From: Peptococcaceae bacterium UBA5318
Lineage (GTDB): Bacteria; Bacillota; Peptococcia; DRI-13; UBA5318
Assembly: GCA_002408285.1 (NCBI GenBank)
Contig: DHRG01000049.1
Location: forward strand, 5,647-69,646
Reading direction: 5' to 3'
DNA length: 64,000 bases
The notes beneath the pieces are model-generated. The model searched no databases and was not told where the DNA came from. It saw only the letters and a list, made by a program, of their open reading frames with translations. Shown here in pieces: positions 47,098-57,434 of the stretch. Made by a program: the position numbers and the translations under genes. Each line of letters begins with the position of its first letter. The stretch's first letter is position 1.

Positions 47098-48783
47098 GTG
47101 GCAAATCAAATATCGGAGCAGGGAAAAACAGTGGCGCTCGAACTGAACGGCTATACTATACAAGCCTTGGCCGGGCAACCGTTATCAACTTTGGCGGATC
47201 AGGAACAAGCTAAGCATGATTCGCCGATTGTCGGGGCTAAGTATAATCAAGAAGTTGTGGATCTTTATACAAAAGTTGCGGAACCGGGAAGCTTGGAATT
47301 CCTTGATTTGCGGACAGAAGCCGGCTTGCGGATCTACCGGCAGAGCCTTATTTTCTTATTGACCAGGGCAGTATATGAAATGTTTCCGAAGCGTAAAGTG
47401 ATAGTGGGACACTCTCTGGGCAACAGCTATTTCTGTCAGTTTAAAGATATAACAACGGTTTCGCCTTTTGATTTGATGAACCTGGAAACAAAAATGCGTA
47501 AGCTTGTGGAGGCCAACGACCCTATCGTTCCCCAACGGATCAGCGTAGAAAATGCGGTCAGGATCCTTGCGGCTTTTGGGCATGATGAAAAAGCCTCTCT
47601 TCTTGAGAGTTTGCAATGGGAGGATGTGGTGATCCATAGTTCAGGGTCTTTTTCCAACTATTCTTATAGCAGTCTTACGCCCGGCACGGGTATTTTAGAT
47701 ACCTTTAAACTGGAACCTTTTAATAATGGATTTCTGCTGCGTTATCCGGCCGTGGAGGACCCCAGTGTGGTTGCTCCTTTTACCGGCCTTCATAAACTGG
47801 AATATATTTTCCGGGAATCGGAGGAGTGGGCGAGGATCCTGGGAGTGAGCAATTTAGCCGGACTTATAAGTATTCTGGCCAAAGACCCCGGAGATAGCAA
47901 TAACCTGATCAATGTGGCGGAAGCCTTGCACGAAAAGAAAATCGCCTCTATCGCGGATCAGGTATATAGCCGGCGCGATCATATCAAACTAATTCTTATT
48001 GCAGGCCCGTCTTCTTCGGGTAAAACAACTTTTACGCAGCGTCTGGCTATTCAGCTCCGTGTCCTGGGTTTGCAATCCATCCCCATCTCGGTCGATAATT
48101 ATTTTGTGGATCGGGATTTAACTCCAAAGGATGAGCGGGGAGAGTACGATTATGAATCCCTTAAAGCTATTGACCTTCCGCTTTTTAACCAACAACTGAA
48201 GATGCTGATCGAGCGTCAGGAAATAGAGTGCCCGGTTTTCAGTTTCCAGCGGGGGATGCGGGAGGAGCAAGGGAAGAAAATTTTGGCCCATAAAAACAGC
48301 ATAATCATTATTGAAGGGATCCACGGACTAAATGAAGAACTGACAGCGTCAATTGCCAGGGAAAACAAATATAAAATCTATATTAGCGCTTTAACGCAAA
48401 ACAGCATTGATTATCATAACCGGATTTCTACCACGGATACCCGGTTGATCCGCCGTATGGTACGGGATAACCGGTATAGAGGAGTGGACGCTAAGCAGAC
48501 GCTCAGCCGTTGGCCTTCGGTCAGGCGGGGGGAGGAACGCAATATTTTCCCCTACCAGGAAGATGCCGACATGATGTTTAATTCCGCCTTGTTTTATGAG
48601 TTTTGCATTTTGAAAAAATATGCGCAACCGTTGTTAGAGTCGATACAAAAAGAAGATAATGAATTCTCCGACGCCCAACGGCTTCTCAATCTATTGGATC
48701 ATTTTCCGGAAATTTCCGATTCTCATGTTCCATATAATTCTATTCTGCGTGAATTTATCGGTAACAGCTGTTTTTTACACTAA
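47098..48783 (+). CDS. Uridine kinase/phosphoribulokinase-family nucleoside kinase with an N-terminal ThrRS-like extension
   Basis: 561 aa with a GTG start after GGGGAGATAGG and the Walker A GPSSSGKTT in the C-terminal half. Confidence 0.7.
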   Translation: MANQISEQGKTVALELNGYTIQALAGQPLSTLADQEQAKHDSPIVGAKYNQEVVDLYTKVAEPGSLEFLDLRTEAGLRIYRQSLIFLLTRAVYEMFPKRKVIVGHSLGNSYFCQFKDITTVSPFDLMNLETKMRKLVEANDPIVPQRISVENAVRILAAFGHDEKASLLESLQWEDVVIHSSGSFSNYSYSSLTPGTGILDTFKLEPFNNGFLLRYPAVEDPSVVAPFTGLHKLEYIFRESEEWARILGVSNLAGLISILAKDPGDSNNLINVAEALHEKKIASIADQVYSRRDHIKLILIAGPSSSGKTTFTQRLAIQLRVLGLQSIPISVDNYFVDRDLTPKDERGEYDYESLKAIDLPLFNQQLKMLIERQEIECPVFSFQRGMREEQGKKILAHKNSIIIIEGIHGLNEELTASIARENKYKIYISALTQNSIDYHNRISTTDTRLIRRMVRDNRYRGVDAKQTLSRWPSVRRGEERNIFPYQEDADMMFNSALFYEFCILKKYAQPLLESIQKEDNEFSDAQRLLNLLDHFPEISDSHVPYNSILREFIGNSCFLH

Positions 48784-48820
48784 GCCTGGCCAGTTATACT
48801 GATGCATAGGAGTTGGTGAT

Positions 48821-49540
48821 ATGGTCTGCAAAGTGATGATTGTTGATGATGAGGAACCGGCGCGCCGCGAGCTGCAGCATTTACTGGGCGGGATTGCGGG
48901 GGTTTCGGTGGCGGGAGAAGCCGCTAACGGTCAGAAAGCCATCAAAGAAATATTACTTGTGAAACCTGACGTCGTATTTTTGGATATCCAGATGCCGATG
49001 GGCGGACTGGAAGTTGCCCGGATGGTCAATCAGATGAAAAAACCTCCGTTCATCATTTTTGTTACGGCTTATGAAAATTTCGCGCTGGAGGCCTTTGAGG
49101 TCCATGCCTTTAATTATTTATTGAAGCCGATTCAGGAAGAAAAACTATTACAAACCATGCTGTGGATACAGCAACACTTGGAAAAAGAAGAACGCTCCAA
49201 GGTTTTACAGCGGATACCGGCGGAAAAAAAAGGACGTTTGGTGATGCTGGATCTGAAGGATGTCTGTTTTTTCTGCAGTTGGCAGGAGAAAGTAATTGCC
49301 AGAACCTATGATGAAGAGTTAATTATCTGTTATAACCTGAAAACTTTAGAGGAAAGGCTCAATAATGATTTTTTCCGCTGCCACCGGAAATATATCATAA
49401 ATTTGACCCAGATCCACGAAGTGCTGCCCTGGTTTAACGGGGTTTTTACTTTAAGCCTGAAGGATAACAAGAATACGGAAATACCGGTAGGGCGTCAAAG
49501 GGTGCGTGAACTGCGGGAATTATTAGGATTAGTAAAATAA
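48821..49540 (+). CDS. LytTR-family response regulator (LytT/BtsR-like)
   Basis: REC domain (MIVDDEEP...FLDIQMP) plus a C-terminal LytTR (FFRCHRKYIINL). Confidence 0.9.
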   Translation: MVCKVMIVDDEEPARRELQHLLGGIAGVSVAGEAANGQKAIKEILLVKPDVVFLDIQMPMGGLEVARMVNQMKKPPFIIFVTAYENFALEAFEVHAFNYLLKPIQEEKLLQTMLWIQQHLEKEERSKVLQRIPAEKKGRLVMLDLKDVCFFCSWQEKVIARTYDEELIICYNLKTLEERLNNDFFRCHRKYIINLTQIHEVLPWFNGVFTLSLKDNKNTEIPVGRQRVRELRELLGLVK

Positions 49541-49701
49541 TTTAGCCGTTTAACCCCTAATAAATGCAGTTGGGGGATTTTCTTTGGCATAGAAGAAAAA
49601 AAGTGTCATAATAAAATAAAGTGAAGATTAGAAATATAATAGAGAGGGGGGAATAGTACGTTCAAATAACTAATCTTCCAAAAAAGAGGAGGCGTTAAGA
49701 G

Positions 49702-51450
49702 ATGAATGTATCGTTATTACTGATCATAACGCTCGTGGGTTTTGGCTTAGGTTATAAGTATTATGGCGGTTTTATGTCCAAGTTGTTTGGTGAGGATGAC
49801 AATAATATCACTCCGGCCATCCAATATGAAGACGGGGTAGACTATGTTCCCACTAAACCTCTCGTGGTGTTTTCCCACCAATTTGCCTCGATCGCCGGGG
49901 CAGGCCCCATCGTAGGCCCCACAACGGCTATGCTCTACGGGTATATGCCAGTTTGGATGTGGGTTTTGTTTGGGGCCATATTTATCGGGGCGGTACATGA
50001 CTACACGGCCCTCTTTGTAAGTATGAGGGAAAAAGGCAAGTCTGTGGCAGAAGTTTCGTACCATACGATGGGCAAAGGCGGATTCATTTTATTCATTTCT
50101 TTTACCATTGTTATGATTGTCCTGGTTACTTCGGCATTTTTAGGACTTACCGCCACTTCGTTGACCTCCCTGGTGCCCTTGGAAAATATGAATATCGCTT
50201 CCGGGGAAACAATGCTGAAAACCGTGATGGTAGACGGCGTGGAAATGGCAAAGATCGGGGGTATTGCTTCCACTTCGGTCATCATTATTTCCATGTGTGC
50301 GCCGTTTATCGGTTTTCTTTTGTATAAGAAGAAACTAAATCCCCTGATCGCGGCTGCTATCGCTATTATTCTTTGTGTCGTGTCCGTAATGATAGGCGTG
50401 GCTAACCCGTTGATGTTACAGCCTAAGACATGGATGATTATCCTGACCTTTTATGTCATCCTGGCTGCCGGGATACCGGTGTGGGTAGTCTTGCAGCCCC
50501 GCGATTTCACCAACTCTTTTATGCTTTATGGCGGGATCGCCATGTTAATGTTAGGGATCCTGGGCGGCGGCTTCGGCGGCATGACCATGAGTTCTCCGGC
50601 CTTTAACGTAGCCGGGGGCACCAAAATAGCCGGCGCCATCTGGCCTTTCCTCTTTATCACGGTGGCGTGCGGAGCTATCTCCGGTTTCCACTCCCTGGTA
50701 TCCGGCGGAACTGTTTCCAAGCAGGCCATGAAAGAATCCCAGGCTAAAACCATCGGTTACGGCGCCATGCTCCTGGAGGGCATCCTGGCGGTCGTAGTTA
50801 TTATTACCGTGTCGAGCGGGATATCCTTCGATACCTATATGAATATCGTCTATCCCGCCAAAGGGGCTTCCAACCCGATCCTGGCTTTTTCGCTGAGTAT
50901 GGGCGGGATGCTTCACCATGGAATCGGTCTTCCTATAGCTTTTGGAACAGTTTTTGGTATTCTGATGGTCGAAGGCTTTGTTATCACCACCTTAGACACT
51001 GCCGTCAGATTGAACCGCTATTTGTTCGAAGAATTATGGGGGGTTATCTTCAAGGAAGTTCCGGCTCTATTGAAGAACTTCTGGTTTAATTCCGCTTTAT
51101 CCGCCGGTTTGATGTTTTATCTGGGCTACACCAACGCTTACACGGTTATCTGGCCGATCTTTGGTTCCGCCAATCAGTTGCTGGCGGCCTTAGTTCTGAT
51201 CACTGTTTCTGTTTGGTTAGCCAGCAGGGGGAAAAAGTTCTCCTTTACCATGATCCCGGCTGTCTTTATGATGGTCACCACCCTTATGGCTCTCTGGACG
51301 CTATTGACCACCCGGTATCTTCCCAAAGCCAACTATCCCTTAAGCTTAACGGCAATTCTGCTGATGGCTCTTTCAGTGGGGGTTATCTACCTGGCTGTTA
51401 AGAAGATCTCCGAAGCTAAGAAAAAAGCGGATACCGACATCAAAGCCTGA
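49702..51450 (+). CDS. cstA: Carbon starvation protein CstA family transporter (BtsT-like)
   Basis: 582 aa, polytopic, with FASIAGAGPIVGP and CGAISGFHSLVSGGT. Confidence 0.9.
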   Translation: MNVSLLLIITLVGFGLGYKYYGGFMSKLFGEDDNNITPAIQYEDGVDYVPTKPLVVFSHQFASIAGAGPIVGPTTAMLYGYMPVWMWVLFGAIFIGAVHDYTALFVSMREKGKSVAEVSYHTMGKGGFILFISFTIVMIVLVTSAFLGLTATSLTSLVPLENMNIASGETMLKTVMVDGVEMAKIGGIASTSVIIISMCAPFIGFLLYKKKLNPLIAAAIAIILCVVSVMIGVANPLMLQPKTWMIILTFYVILAAGIPVWVVLQPRDFTNSFMLYGGIAMLMLGILGGGFGGMTMSSPAFNVAGGTKIAGAIWPFLFITVACGAISGFHSLVSGGTVSKQAMKESQAKTIGYGAMLLEGILAVVVIITVSSGISFDTYMNIVYPAKGASNPILAFSLSMGGMLHHGIGLPIAFGTVFGILMVEGFVITTLDTAVRLNRYLFEELWGVIFKEVPALLKNFWFNSALSAGLMFYLGYTNAYTVIWPIFGSANQLLAALVLITVSVWLASRGKKFSFTMIPAVFMMVTTLMALWTLLTTRYLPKANYPLSLTAILLMALSVGVIYLAVKKISEAKKKADTDIKA

Positions 51451-51512
51451 TAAAGACATATTTCGTTGGCGGCGTCAGGCACATCCCGCGCCGCCGCCTT
51501 CCTTAATCAAGT

Positions 51513-51539
51513 AAAACGCCGCCTTTGGGGCGGCGTTTT
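51513..51539. terminator. Bidirectional terminator between cstA and the histidine kinase gene
   Basis: AAAACGCCGCC-TTTGG-GGCGGCGTTTT. Confidence 0.85.
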
Positions 51540-51583
51540 GCTTTCTCGTCAAAAACGGTAAGGCGAGTATAAGCTGAAGATGT

Positions 51584-53284
51584 TTACATCTCTTGTAATA
51601 CCAAAGGCGATTGTAAGGGCAGGTTCAGGGTAAAAACCGTCCCCTGACCGGGAGTACTCTCAATAAGCAGTTGGTGTTCTTTGCCGTAAATGGTCTTTAA
51701 GCGTTCATTCACATTATACAGCCCGATACCACAATATTTTTTGGAACTGGGAACAAGCAGCTCAGAAATTATTTCCGGGGGTATGCCTACGCCATTATCC
51801 CGGATAATGATTTTAACAATTTCGGCTTCCCGCAAAACATGGATAGAAACAGAACCCCCTTCAGACTTCGGCAGGATCCCGTGTTTGATACAGTTTTCCA
51901 CAAGAGGTTGTAAAATCAGGGCGGGCAACGGATATTGCAAAGTTAGAGGATCAATGTTCCTGTCTACCAGCAGCCGCTTGCCGAACCTGGCCTGTTCGAG
52001 AGCCAGATAGGCCTCGATTCTTTCCAGTTCTTCGGCCAACGTAATAATTTTTTTGCCTCTCAGCAACGATTTGCGGAAAAACTCTCCGAGCTGACGCAGC
52101 AAGCGGCGGGATGTTTCCGGTTCTATACGGGAAAACGAGATGATGGTATTGATGGCATTAAAGAGAAAATGCGGGTTTACCTGAGCTTGCAGGGCGTCCA
52201 ATTCAGCTTGCTTGAGCAGCTTGCTCTGCTGCTCTAAAGTGGCTATATCCAATTGATTAGAAAAAAGGGTGGATAATCCTTTGGCAAATTCCAAGTCGTT
52301 AGTGGAAACAGCGTGTTTTTTTTCGTGATAGAGTTTGAGAGAGCCGATCACCTGGCCCCGGCAAAAAAGGGGGACAATGACGGCGGAGTGTAAAGGACAA
52401 GAGGGATTTGAACAACAGATGTCTTCTTTTGTTTCAGCTATTTTACCGACGCTGTTTTCCAGGACCCACTTGGTGGCCTCTGTCCGGATAGGTTCACCGG
52501 GTAAATGATGATCGCTGCCGGCCCCTATATGGGCCAGAATCTTTTTTGAATCGGTGATGGAAACGGCGGCCACCGCTACAAATTTCTTTATGACCTGGCA
52601 GACGGTTTGGGCAGTTTCGTAAGTGAGGCCGTTACGAAGATAAGATAACGTAGTGTTTGCAATGGTAAGGGCCTTTTGCGTTTGGACCGCCGCGATACGG
52701 TCTTCTTCCTCCTGGGCATTTTTGACGATGATCATGAAGATGGCAATACCGATGGAATTCCAGACGATCATCGGTGCGCCAATGGCCTTGACGAGTTTCA
52801 GCGCCATATCAAACGGCTTCACAAGTAATAAAAGGAGCAGCATTTGCAGACTTTCGGCCATAATTCCGGTAAAAAGCCCCGCTTCCCAGCTCGCTTTTTT
52901 CTCTAAAAAGGTGTTGCGGATGACGCCTGCCAGAAGCCCTTCCACAAAGGTGGAGAGGCCGCAGGCCGGCCCTGTAACTCCGCCTAGGGCAAAGCGGTGC
53001 AGACCGGCGATCAAGCCGGCGCCGCCCCCCATGAGAGGACCGCCCAGCAATCCGGCCACTACAACCCCGATGACCCGGGAATTGGCCAAAGCGCCTTGGA
53101 TCTCCACAGCCGAATAAGTTCCAAAGATACCGATTAGTCCGAAGATACCCGTTAGACTCATGTATTCTTTCCGTCTAAGGGTTTGCAGCAATAGTTTGCG
53201 AAACATTTTGAAACGGGTCAGGATAAAGGCAATAGTGATGATCAAGGCCATTTTTTCCGCCATTTGATAAAACAAGGTGTTCAC
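51584..53284 (-). CDS. LytS/BtsS-type sensor histidine kinase (5TMR-LYT, GAF, His_kinase, HATPase)
   Basis: 566 aa with a Gly-rich 5-TM N-domain, the H-box NPHFLFNAINTI and the C-terminal ATPase motifs DNGVGI and GIGLYNV. Confidence 0.9.
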   Translation of the reverse strand: MNTLFYQMAEKMALIITIAFILTRFKMFRKLLLQTLRRKEYMSLTGIFGLIGIFGTYSAVEIQGALANSRVIGVVVAGLLGGPLMGGGAGLIAGLHRFALGGVTGPACGLSTFVEGLLAGVIRNTFLEKKASWEAGLFTGIMAESLQMLLLLLLVKPFDMALKLVKAIGAPMIVWNSIGIAIFMIIVKNAQEEEDRIAAVQTQKALTIANTTLSYLRNGLTYETAQTVCQVIKKFVAVAAVSITDSKKILAHIGAGSDHHLPGEPIRTEATKWVLENSVGKIAETKEDICCSNPSCPLHSAVIVPLFCRGQVIGSLKLYHEKKHAVSTNDLEFAKGLSTLFSNQLDIATLEQQSKLLKQAELDALQAQVNPHFLFNAINTIISFSRIEPETSRRLLRQLGEFFRKSLLRGKKIITLAEELERIEAYLALEQARFGKRLLVDRNIDPLTLQYPLPALILQPLVENCIKHGILPKSEGGSVSIHVLREAEIVKIIIRDNGVGIPPEIISELLVPSSKKYCGIGLYNVNERLKTIYGKEHQLLIESTPGQGTVFTLNLPLQSPLVLQEM

Positions 53285-53319
53285 TCGTGCATCACCTAAC
53301 TCCTCTACAAACCAAACCT

Positions 53320-54165
53320 CTAATAGATAAAAGTAAGTCCCAGTGTCCCCGGACCTGTATGAACACCAATGACCGGACCAACTTCTTTTACCAAATCAAC
53401 TTTTATTTCCAACGCTTCCTCAACCTTTTGTTTGAGATATGAAGCGGCTTCTTCTGCTGCGCCATGAGCGACAGCGATTTGTTTGGGCAGCTTATTGTCA
53501 AGTACCCGGAGCATATGGTTGACCATATTTTTGACGGCTTGTTTTTGGTTGCGTACTTTATCCAAAGGGATATAAATGCCATTATCAACTCTGATGACGG
53601 GCTTGATATTCAGGATCGTACCCAGCAGCGCGGAAACCTTCCCGATGCGTCCCCCTTTTTCCAGATATTCCAGGGTATCCAGGGAAAAAGTGACCTCGGT
53701 GTGTTCCCGTAAGGCTGTCAATTGCGTGATGATGTTGTCCAGGGAGAGATTATTCTTAATCATCTTTACGGCTTCCAAAACTTGCAGGGTGATACCTAAA
53801 CTGATGGATTTCGAATCAAAGACCCGGATTTTTCCCTGCAAAAGGCCGGCGGCTGTCTGGGCAACTCCCGCAGTGCCGCTTAGACCCGAGGAAATATGGA
53901 TCGAAAGGATGTCGTATCCTTCCCGCAGAATTTTTTCATAGACGCGGATAAAATCTTGGATCGTTGGCATTGATGTTTTCGGAAGGATGTTTTTCGATTC
54001 TTTCAGCTTGGTATAGAATTCGCGTGTTGTGATATCCACTTGATCCCGGTAGGTGTCCTCCGGGAAATTAACGTACAAGGGCACCACAGTGACATCATAT
54101 TTTTCTATAAATTCTTGGGGGAAATCAGAGGTGCTGTCAGTCACAATCTTTATTTTATTCGACAT
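53320..54165 (-). CDS. DegV-family fatty-acid-binding protein
   Basis: 281 aa with KIVTDSTSDFP and SGLSGT. Confidence 0.9.
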   Translation of the reverse strand: MSNKIKIVTDSTSDFPQEFIEKYDVTVVPLYVNFPEDTYRDQVDITTREFYTKLKESKNILPKTSMPTIQDFIRVYEKILREGYDILSIHISSGLSGTAGVAQTAAGLLQGKIRVFDSKSISLGITLQVLEAVKMIKNNLSLDNIITQLTALREHTEVTFSLDTLEYLEKGGRIGKVSALLGTILNIKPVIRVDNGIYIPLDKVRNQKQAVKNMVNHMLRVLDNKLPKQIAVAHGAAEEAASYLKQKVEEALEIKVDLVKEVGPVIGVHTGPGTLGLTFIY

Positions 54166-54247
54166 AAAAACATCCTTTCGCCAAAATTAAGAAACTTTTC
54201 TTCAGTTTATCGAAGATTTGAGGGATTCACAAGAACTATTTTAATAA

Positions 54248-54273
54248 TCATATGTTGACGTCATATGTTGACG
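54248..54273 (+). repeat. 13-bp perfect tandem duplication containing the pyr -35 hexamer
   Basis: TCATATGTTGACG occurs twice. Confidence 0.9.
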
Positions 54274-54296
54274 TGGCAAAAAAAAGAAATTATAAT
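54268..54296 (+). promoter_or_regulatory. Sigma-A promoter of the pyr operon
   Basis: TTGACG-17 nt-TATAAT. Confidence 0.7.
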
Positions 54297-54307
54297 GAAT
54301 TAAAAGT

Positions 54308-54342
54308 TCCCTTCAAATTAGTCCCGCGAGGCTAGTAAGGGG
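54308..54342 (+). promoter_or_regulatory. PyrR-binding (anti-antiterminator) hairpin of the pyr leader
   Basis: The loop AGUCCCGCGAGGCU matches 12 of 14 positions of the ARUCCAGAGAGGYU binding-loop consensus. It is flanked by a CCCTT/AAGGG stem. Confidence 0.7.
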
Positions 54343-54362
54343 TTTTCACAGCGTATTTGAAA

Positions 54363-54397
54363 CCAACCGCCTAGCCCGAGTACAGGTGGTTTTTTTG
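54363..54397 (+). terminator. Attenuator terminator of the pyr leader
   Basis: AACCGCCT...AGGTGGTT stem followed by T7. CTAGCC in its 5-prime arm can alternatively pair with GGCTAG of the PyrR loop, giving the antiterminator. Confidence 0.7.
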
Positions 54398-54441
54398 TTA
54401 CCTGTAAGTATTTAAACAGATGAATGTCAGGAGGTATCAAA

Positions 54442-55368
54442 ATGGGGATCAAGGGAAAAGACTTATTAACCGTGGAGCAGCTTACCAGGGAAGAGATGGA
54501 AACTATTTTTCATACCGCCAGGGAAATGAAAGGCATCATTAGCCGGGATATCAAGAAAGTTCCAACCCTCCGGGGGAAAGTGGTCATCACCTTGTTTTAT
54601 GAACCCAGTACCCGAACCCGCGCTTCCTTTGAACTTGCCGGCAAATATATGAGCGCCGATGTGGTAAACTTAAATATCGCGACCAGCAGCGTGGTAAAAG
54701 GGGAAAGCCTGAAAGACACCGGACTCACTTTGCAGGTGATGGGAGCCGATATTATCGTGATTCGTCACGGAATGTCGGGAGCCCCCAAAATGTTGGGACA
54801 ATACGTTCCGGCACGTGTAATCAACGCCGGGGACGGCTATCATGCCCATCCTACTCAAGCCTTGCTTGACATGATGACTATCAAGGAACATTACGGCGAA
54901 ATAAAAGGCCTGAAGGTTGCGATTGTCGGGGATATTTTGCACAGCCGTGTAGCCAGATCCAACATGGAGGGGCTTTTGAAGCTGGGGGCCGACGTTTGGT
55001 TTTGCGGTCCCCCGACTCTGCTGCCGGCGGGTCTGGAGAAAACGGGGGTTAAGGTGACGCCTGATATAGAAGAAGCGTTGCAAAACGCTCAGGTAGCCAT
55101 GATGCTGCGGATCCAGTTGGAACGGCAAAAAGCCGGTCTTTTCCCAAGCCTCCGCGAATACAGCCGGTTGTATGGACTTACTTCCCAAAGGCTGAAATTG
55201 GCGGATCCCCATTGTTTGGTGCTTCATCCCGGTCCTATTAACCGGGGCGTAGAGATCTCCGGTGAGGTTGCGGATGGGGTGCAGTCATTGATTAATGAAC
55301 AGGTTACGAACGGCGTGGCTGTACGGATGGCCTTGCTCTATCTGATGCTGGGACAGAAGGGAGAATAA
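54442..55368 (+). CDS. pyrB: Aspartate carbamoyltransferase catalytic subunit
   Basis: ATG at 54442 follows AGGAGG. Motifs are STRTR, HPTQ and HPGP. Confidence 0.95.
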   Translation: MGIKGKDLLTVEQLTREEMETIFHTAREMKGIISRDIKKVPTLRGKVVITLFYEPSTRTRASFELAGKYMSADVVNLNIATSSVVKGESLKDTGLTLQVMGADIIVIRHGMSGAPKMLGQYVPARVINAGDGYHAHPTQALLDMMTIKEHYGEIKGLKVAIVGDILHSRVARSNMEGLLKLGADVWFCGPPTLLPAGLEKTGVKVTPDIEEALQNAQVAMMLRIQLERQKAGLFPSLREYSRLYGLTSQRLKLADPHCLVLHPGPINRGVEISGEVADGVQSLINEQVTNGVAVRMALLYLMLGQKGE

Positions 55369-55371
55369 GAA

Positions 55372-56661
55372 ATGGAATATATTTTAAAAGGCGGCGTCGT
55401 CATTGATCCCAAGACCGATATGGAAAAGCGGCTGGATATCCATGTAGATAACGGAAAGATTAAAGCCTTGGGTTCCAATATTACTGAAAAGAATATTGAA
55501 ACGATCGACGCGGCAGGCCGGATCATCGCTCCGGGTTTCATTGACCTGCATGTCCATTTACGGGAGCCTGGACTGGAGGCCCATGAAACAATTGCCACGG
55601 GATGCCGGGCTGCGGTTGCGGGAGGATTTACAACTATAGCCGCAATGCCGAATACAAAGCCCTGCGCCGACAACGAAGCAGTCCTTGAATTGATCAAAAA
55701 CCGTGCGGACAGATTGAAATTAGCCAGGGTGCTGCCCATTGGCGCCATTAGCAAGGGCCAGCAGGGAGAAGAAATATCCGAAATAGGGTCCTTATATCAA
55801 ACCGGGGCTGTGGCTATCTCTGACGATGGGAAGCCTGTAGTGAACAGCGAAGTGATGCGCAGAGCTTTGGAATATACTCAAATCTTCGGGATACCGGTGA
55901 TCTCCCATAGTGAAGAACTCCATCTAAAAGGAGATGGAGTAATGCATGAGGGGTATTGGTCCATGCTCCTTGGACTTGCGGGAATACCTGCCCAGGCCGA
56001 GGAGGTCATGGTAGCCCGCGACCTGATTCTGGCGGAGTTAACGGGCGGACAGCTTCACCTGGCTCATCTCAGCACCCGGGGGAGCGTGGAATTGCTGGAG
56101 TTTTACCTGGACAAGCAGGTTAAGGTAACAGCGGAAGTTACACCCCATCACTTGTTGCTGACAGACGAAGAAGTTAAGGAATACAATACCTCTACCAAAG
56201 TGAACCCTCCTTTACGGAGCCGGGATCATGTGGAAGCGGTCCGCAAGGCGCTGAAAAAAGGAACCATTTCGTGTATCGCTACGGATCATGCCCCTTGGTC
56301 TGAGGAAGAGAAGGAGCAGGAATACAACAAAGCGCCCTTCGGGATTTCCGGCCTGGAAACCGCGGTGGCCGTTTGCTGGGACACGCTGGTGGTAAAAGGA
56401 GGGTTTTCTCCGAAAGAATTAATTGCCCGGTTTACCACCGGACCGGCAGGGGTATTGCACTTGCCTTGCGGCACTATCGCCCAGGGCGCGGAGGCCGATT
56501 TTACGGTTATCGACCCGAATCTGACGAAACAGGTGGATACGGCCCTTTTTTACTCCAAAGGAAAAAATAGTCCTGTGAACGGCCGAAGTTTCCGGGGCTG
56601 GCCGGTCATGACTATTGTGGGCGGCAATATCGTGATGAAAGATGGTGTGGTGGCAGATTGA
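55372..56661 (+). CDS. pyrC: Dihydroorotase
   Basis: DLHVHLREPG and the ATDHAP motif. Confidence 0.95.
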   Translation: MEYILKGGVVIDPKTDMEKRLDIHVDNGKIKALGSNITEKNIETIDAAGRIIAPGFIDLHVHLREPGLEAHETIATGCRAAVAGGFTTIAAMPNTKPCADNEAVLELIKNRADRLKLARVLPIGAISKGQQGEEISEIGSLYQTGAVAISDDGKPVVNSEVMRRALEYTQIFGIPVISHSEELHLKGDGVMHEGYWSMLLGLAGIPAQAEEVMVARDLILAELTGGQLHLAHLSTRGSVELLEFYLDKQVKVTAEVTPHHLLLTDEEVKEYNTSTKVNPPLRSRDHVEAVRKALKKGTISCIATDHAPWSEEEKEQEYNKAPFGISGLETAVAVCWDTLVVKGGFSPKELIARFTTGPAGVLHLPCGTIAQGAEADFTVIDPNLTKQVDTALFYSKGKNSPVNGRSFRGWPVMTIVGGNIVMKDGVVAD

Positions 56662-57434
56662 AATATCATGTACGGGAAGTCCGGGTGGTTGACAATGTAA
56701 AAACCGGCGGGGATATTTACCTGTTGACCCTGGCAGCGCCGGCCATCGCTGCGGCAGCCCTGCCCGGACAGTTTATCCATCTCCGGTGCGGAGAAGGGCT
56801 TGATCCGCTTTTGCGGCGTCCTTTCAGTATTTATGGAGTGGACCGGAAAAACAGCTTGGTTCAGACCTGGTATCAGGTGGTGGGGAAAGGGACGGACCTT
56901 TTAAGAAAGGCGAAAGCCGGAAAAACACTGGACGTGATAGGCCCGCTGGGCAAAGGATTTTTTACGGATATAGCGGGCAGGAACGCAGGGTTGGTCGGTG
57001 GCGGGATGGGGATCGCGCCTCTGATGTTTTTAGGCGGGGAGTTGGCGCAAAATAATAGGGTGCATAGCTTTTTCGGGGTTCGCAGCAAAGCCCAGCTGCC
57101 TCCCGGCCTGTCTTTCCCGACGCCTCTTGTGGCTACCGAAGACGGGAGCGCCGGCCGGCGGGGATTGGTGACGGATGTGTTGGAACAGGAGCTGCAACGG
57201 CAAAAAATGGATATATTGTATGCCTGCGGCCCACGCGCTATGCTGCAGCAGGTTGTGAAGCTTGCGCAAAAGTATGATATACCGCTGCAGGTGTCCCTGG
57301 AGTCCGCTATGGCGTGCGGGGTGGGGGCTTGTTTAGGATGCGCCTGTGAGAAGAGCGGAGCGGACGGCGAATCTTGGCTGAAAGCTTGCCAGGACGGTCC
57401 GGTGTTCTGGGCTGCGGAGGTGAAATGGGAATGA
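56658..57434 (+). CDS. pyrK: Dihydroorotate dehydrogenase electron-transfer subunit
   Basis: TTG start overlapping the pyrC stop. It has an FAD/NAD fold and the C-terminal [2Fe-2S] motif CGVGACLGCAC. Confidence 0.9.
   Translation: MKYHVREVRVVDNVKTGGDIYLLTLAAPAIAAAALPGQFIHLRCGEGLDPLLRRPFSIYGVDRKNSLVQTWYQVVGKGTDLLRKAKAGKTLDVIGPLGKGFFTDIAGRNAGLVGGGMGIAPLMFLGGELAQNNRVHSFFGVRSKAQLPPGLSFPTPLVATEDGSAGRRGLVTDVLEQELQRQKMDILYACGPRAMLQQVVKLAQKYDIPLQVSLESAMACGVGACLGCACEKSGADGESWLKACQDGPVFWAAEVKWE

Noticed and set aside
1863-54273. Whether any of the tandem repeats (1863-1920, 43694-43723, 47049-47080, 54248-54273) could be CRISPR arrays.
   Set aside because: Each has only 2-3 contiguous copies with no unique spacers, the units are 11-21 bp, and no cas genes are present.
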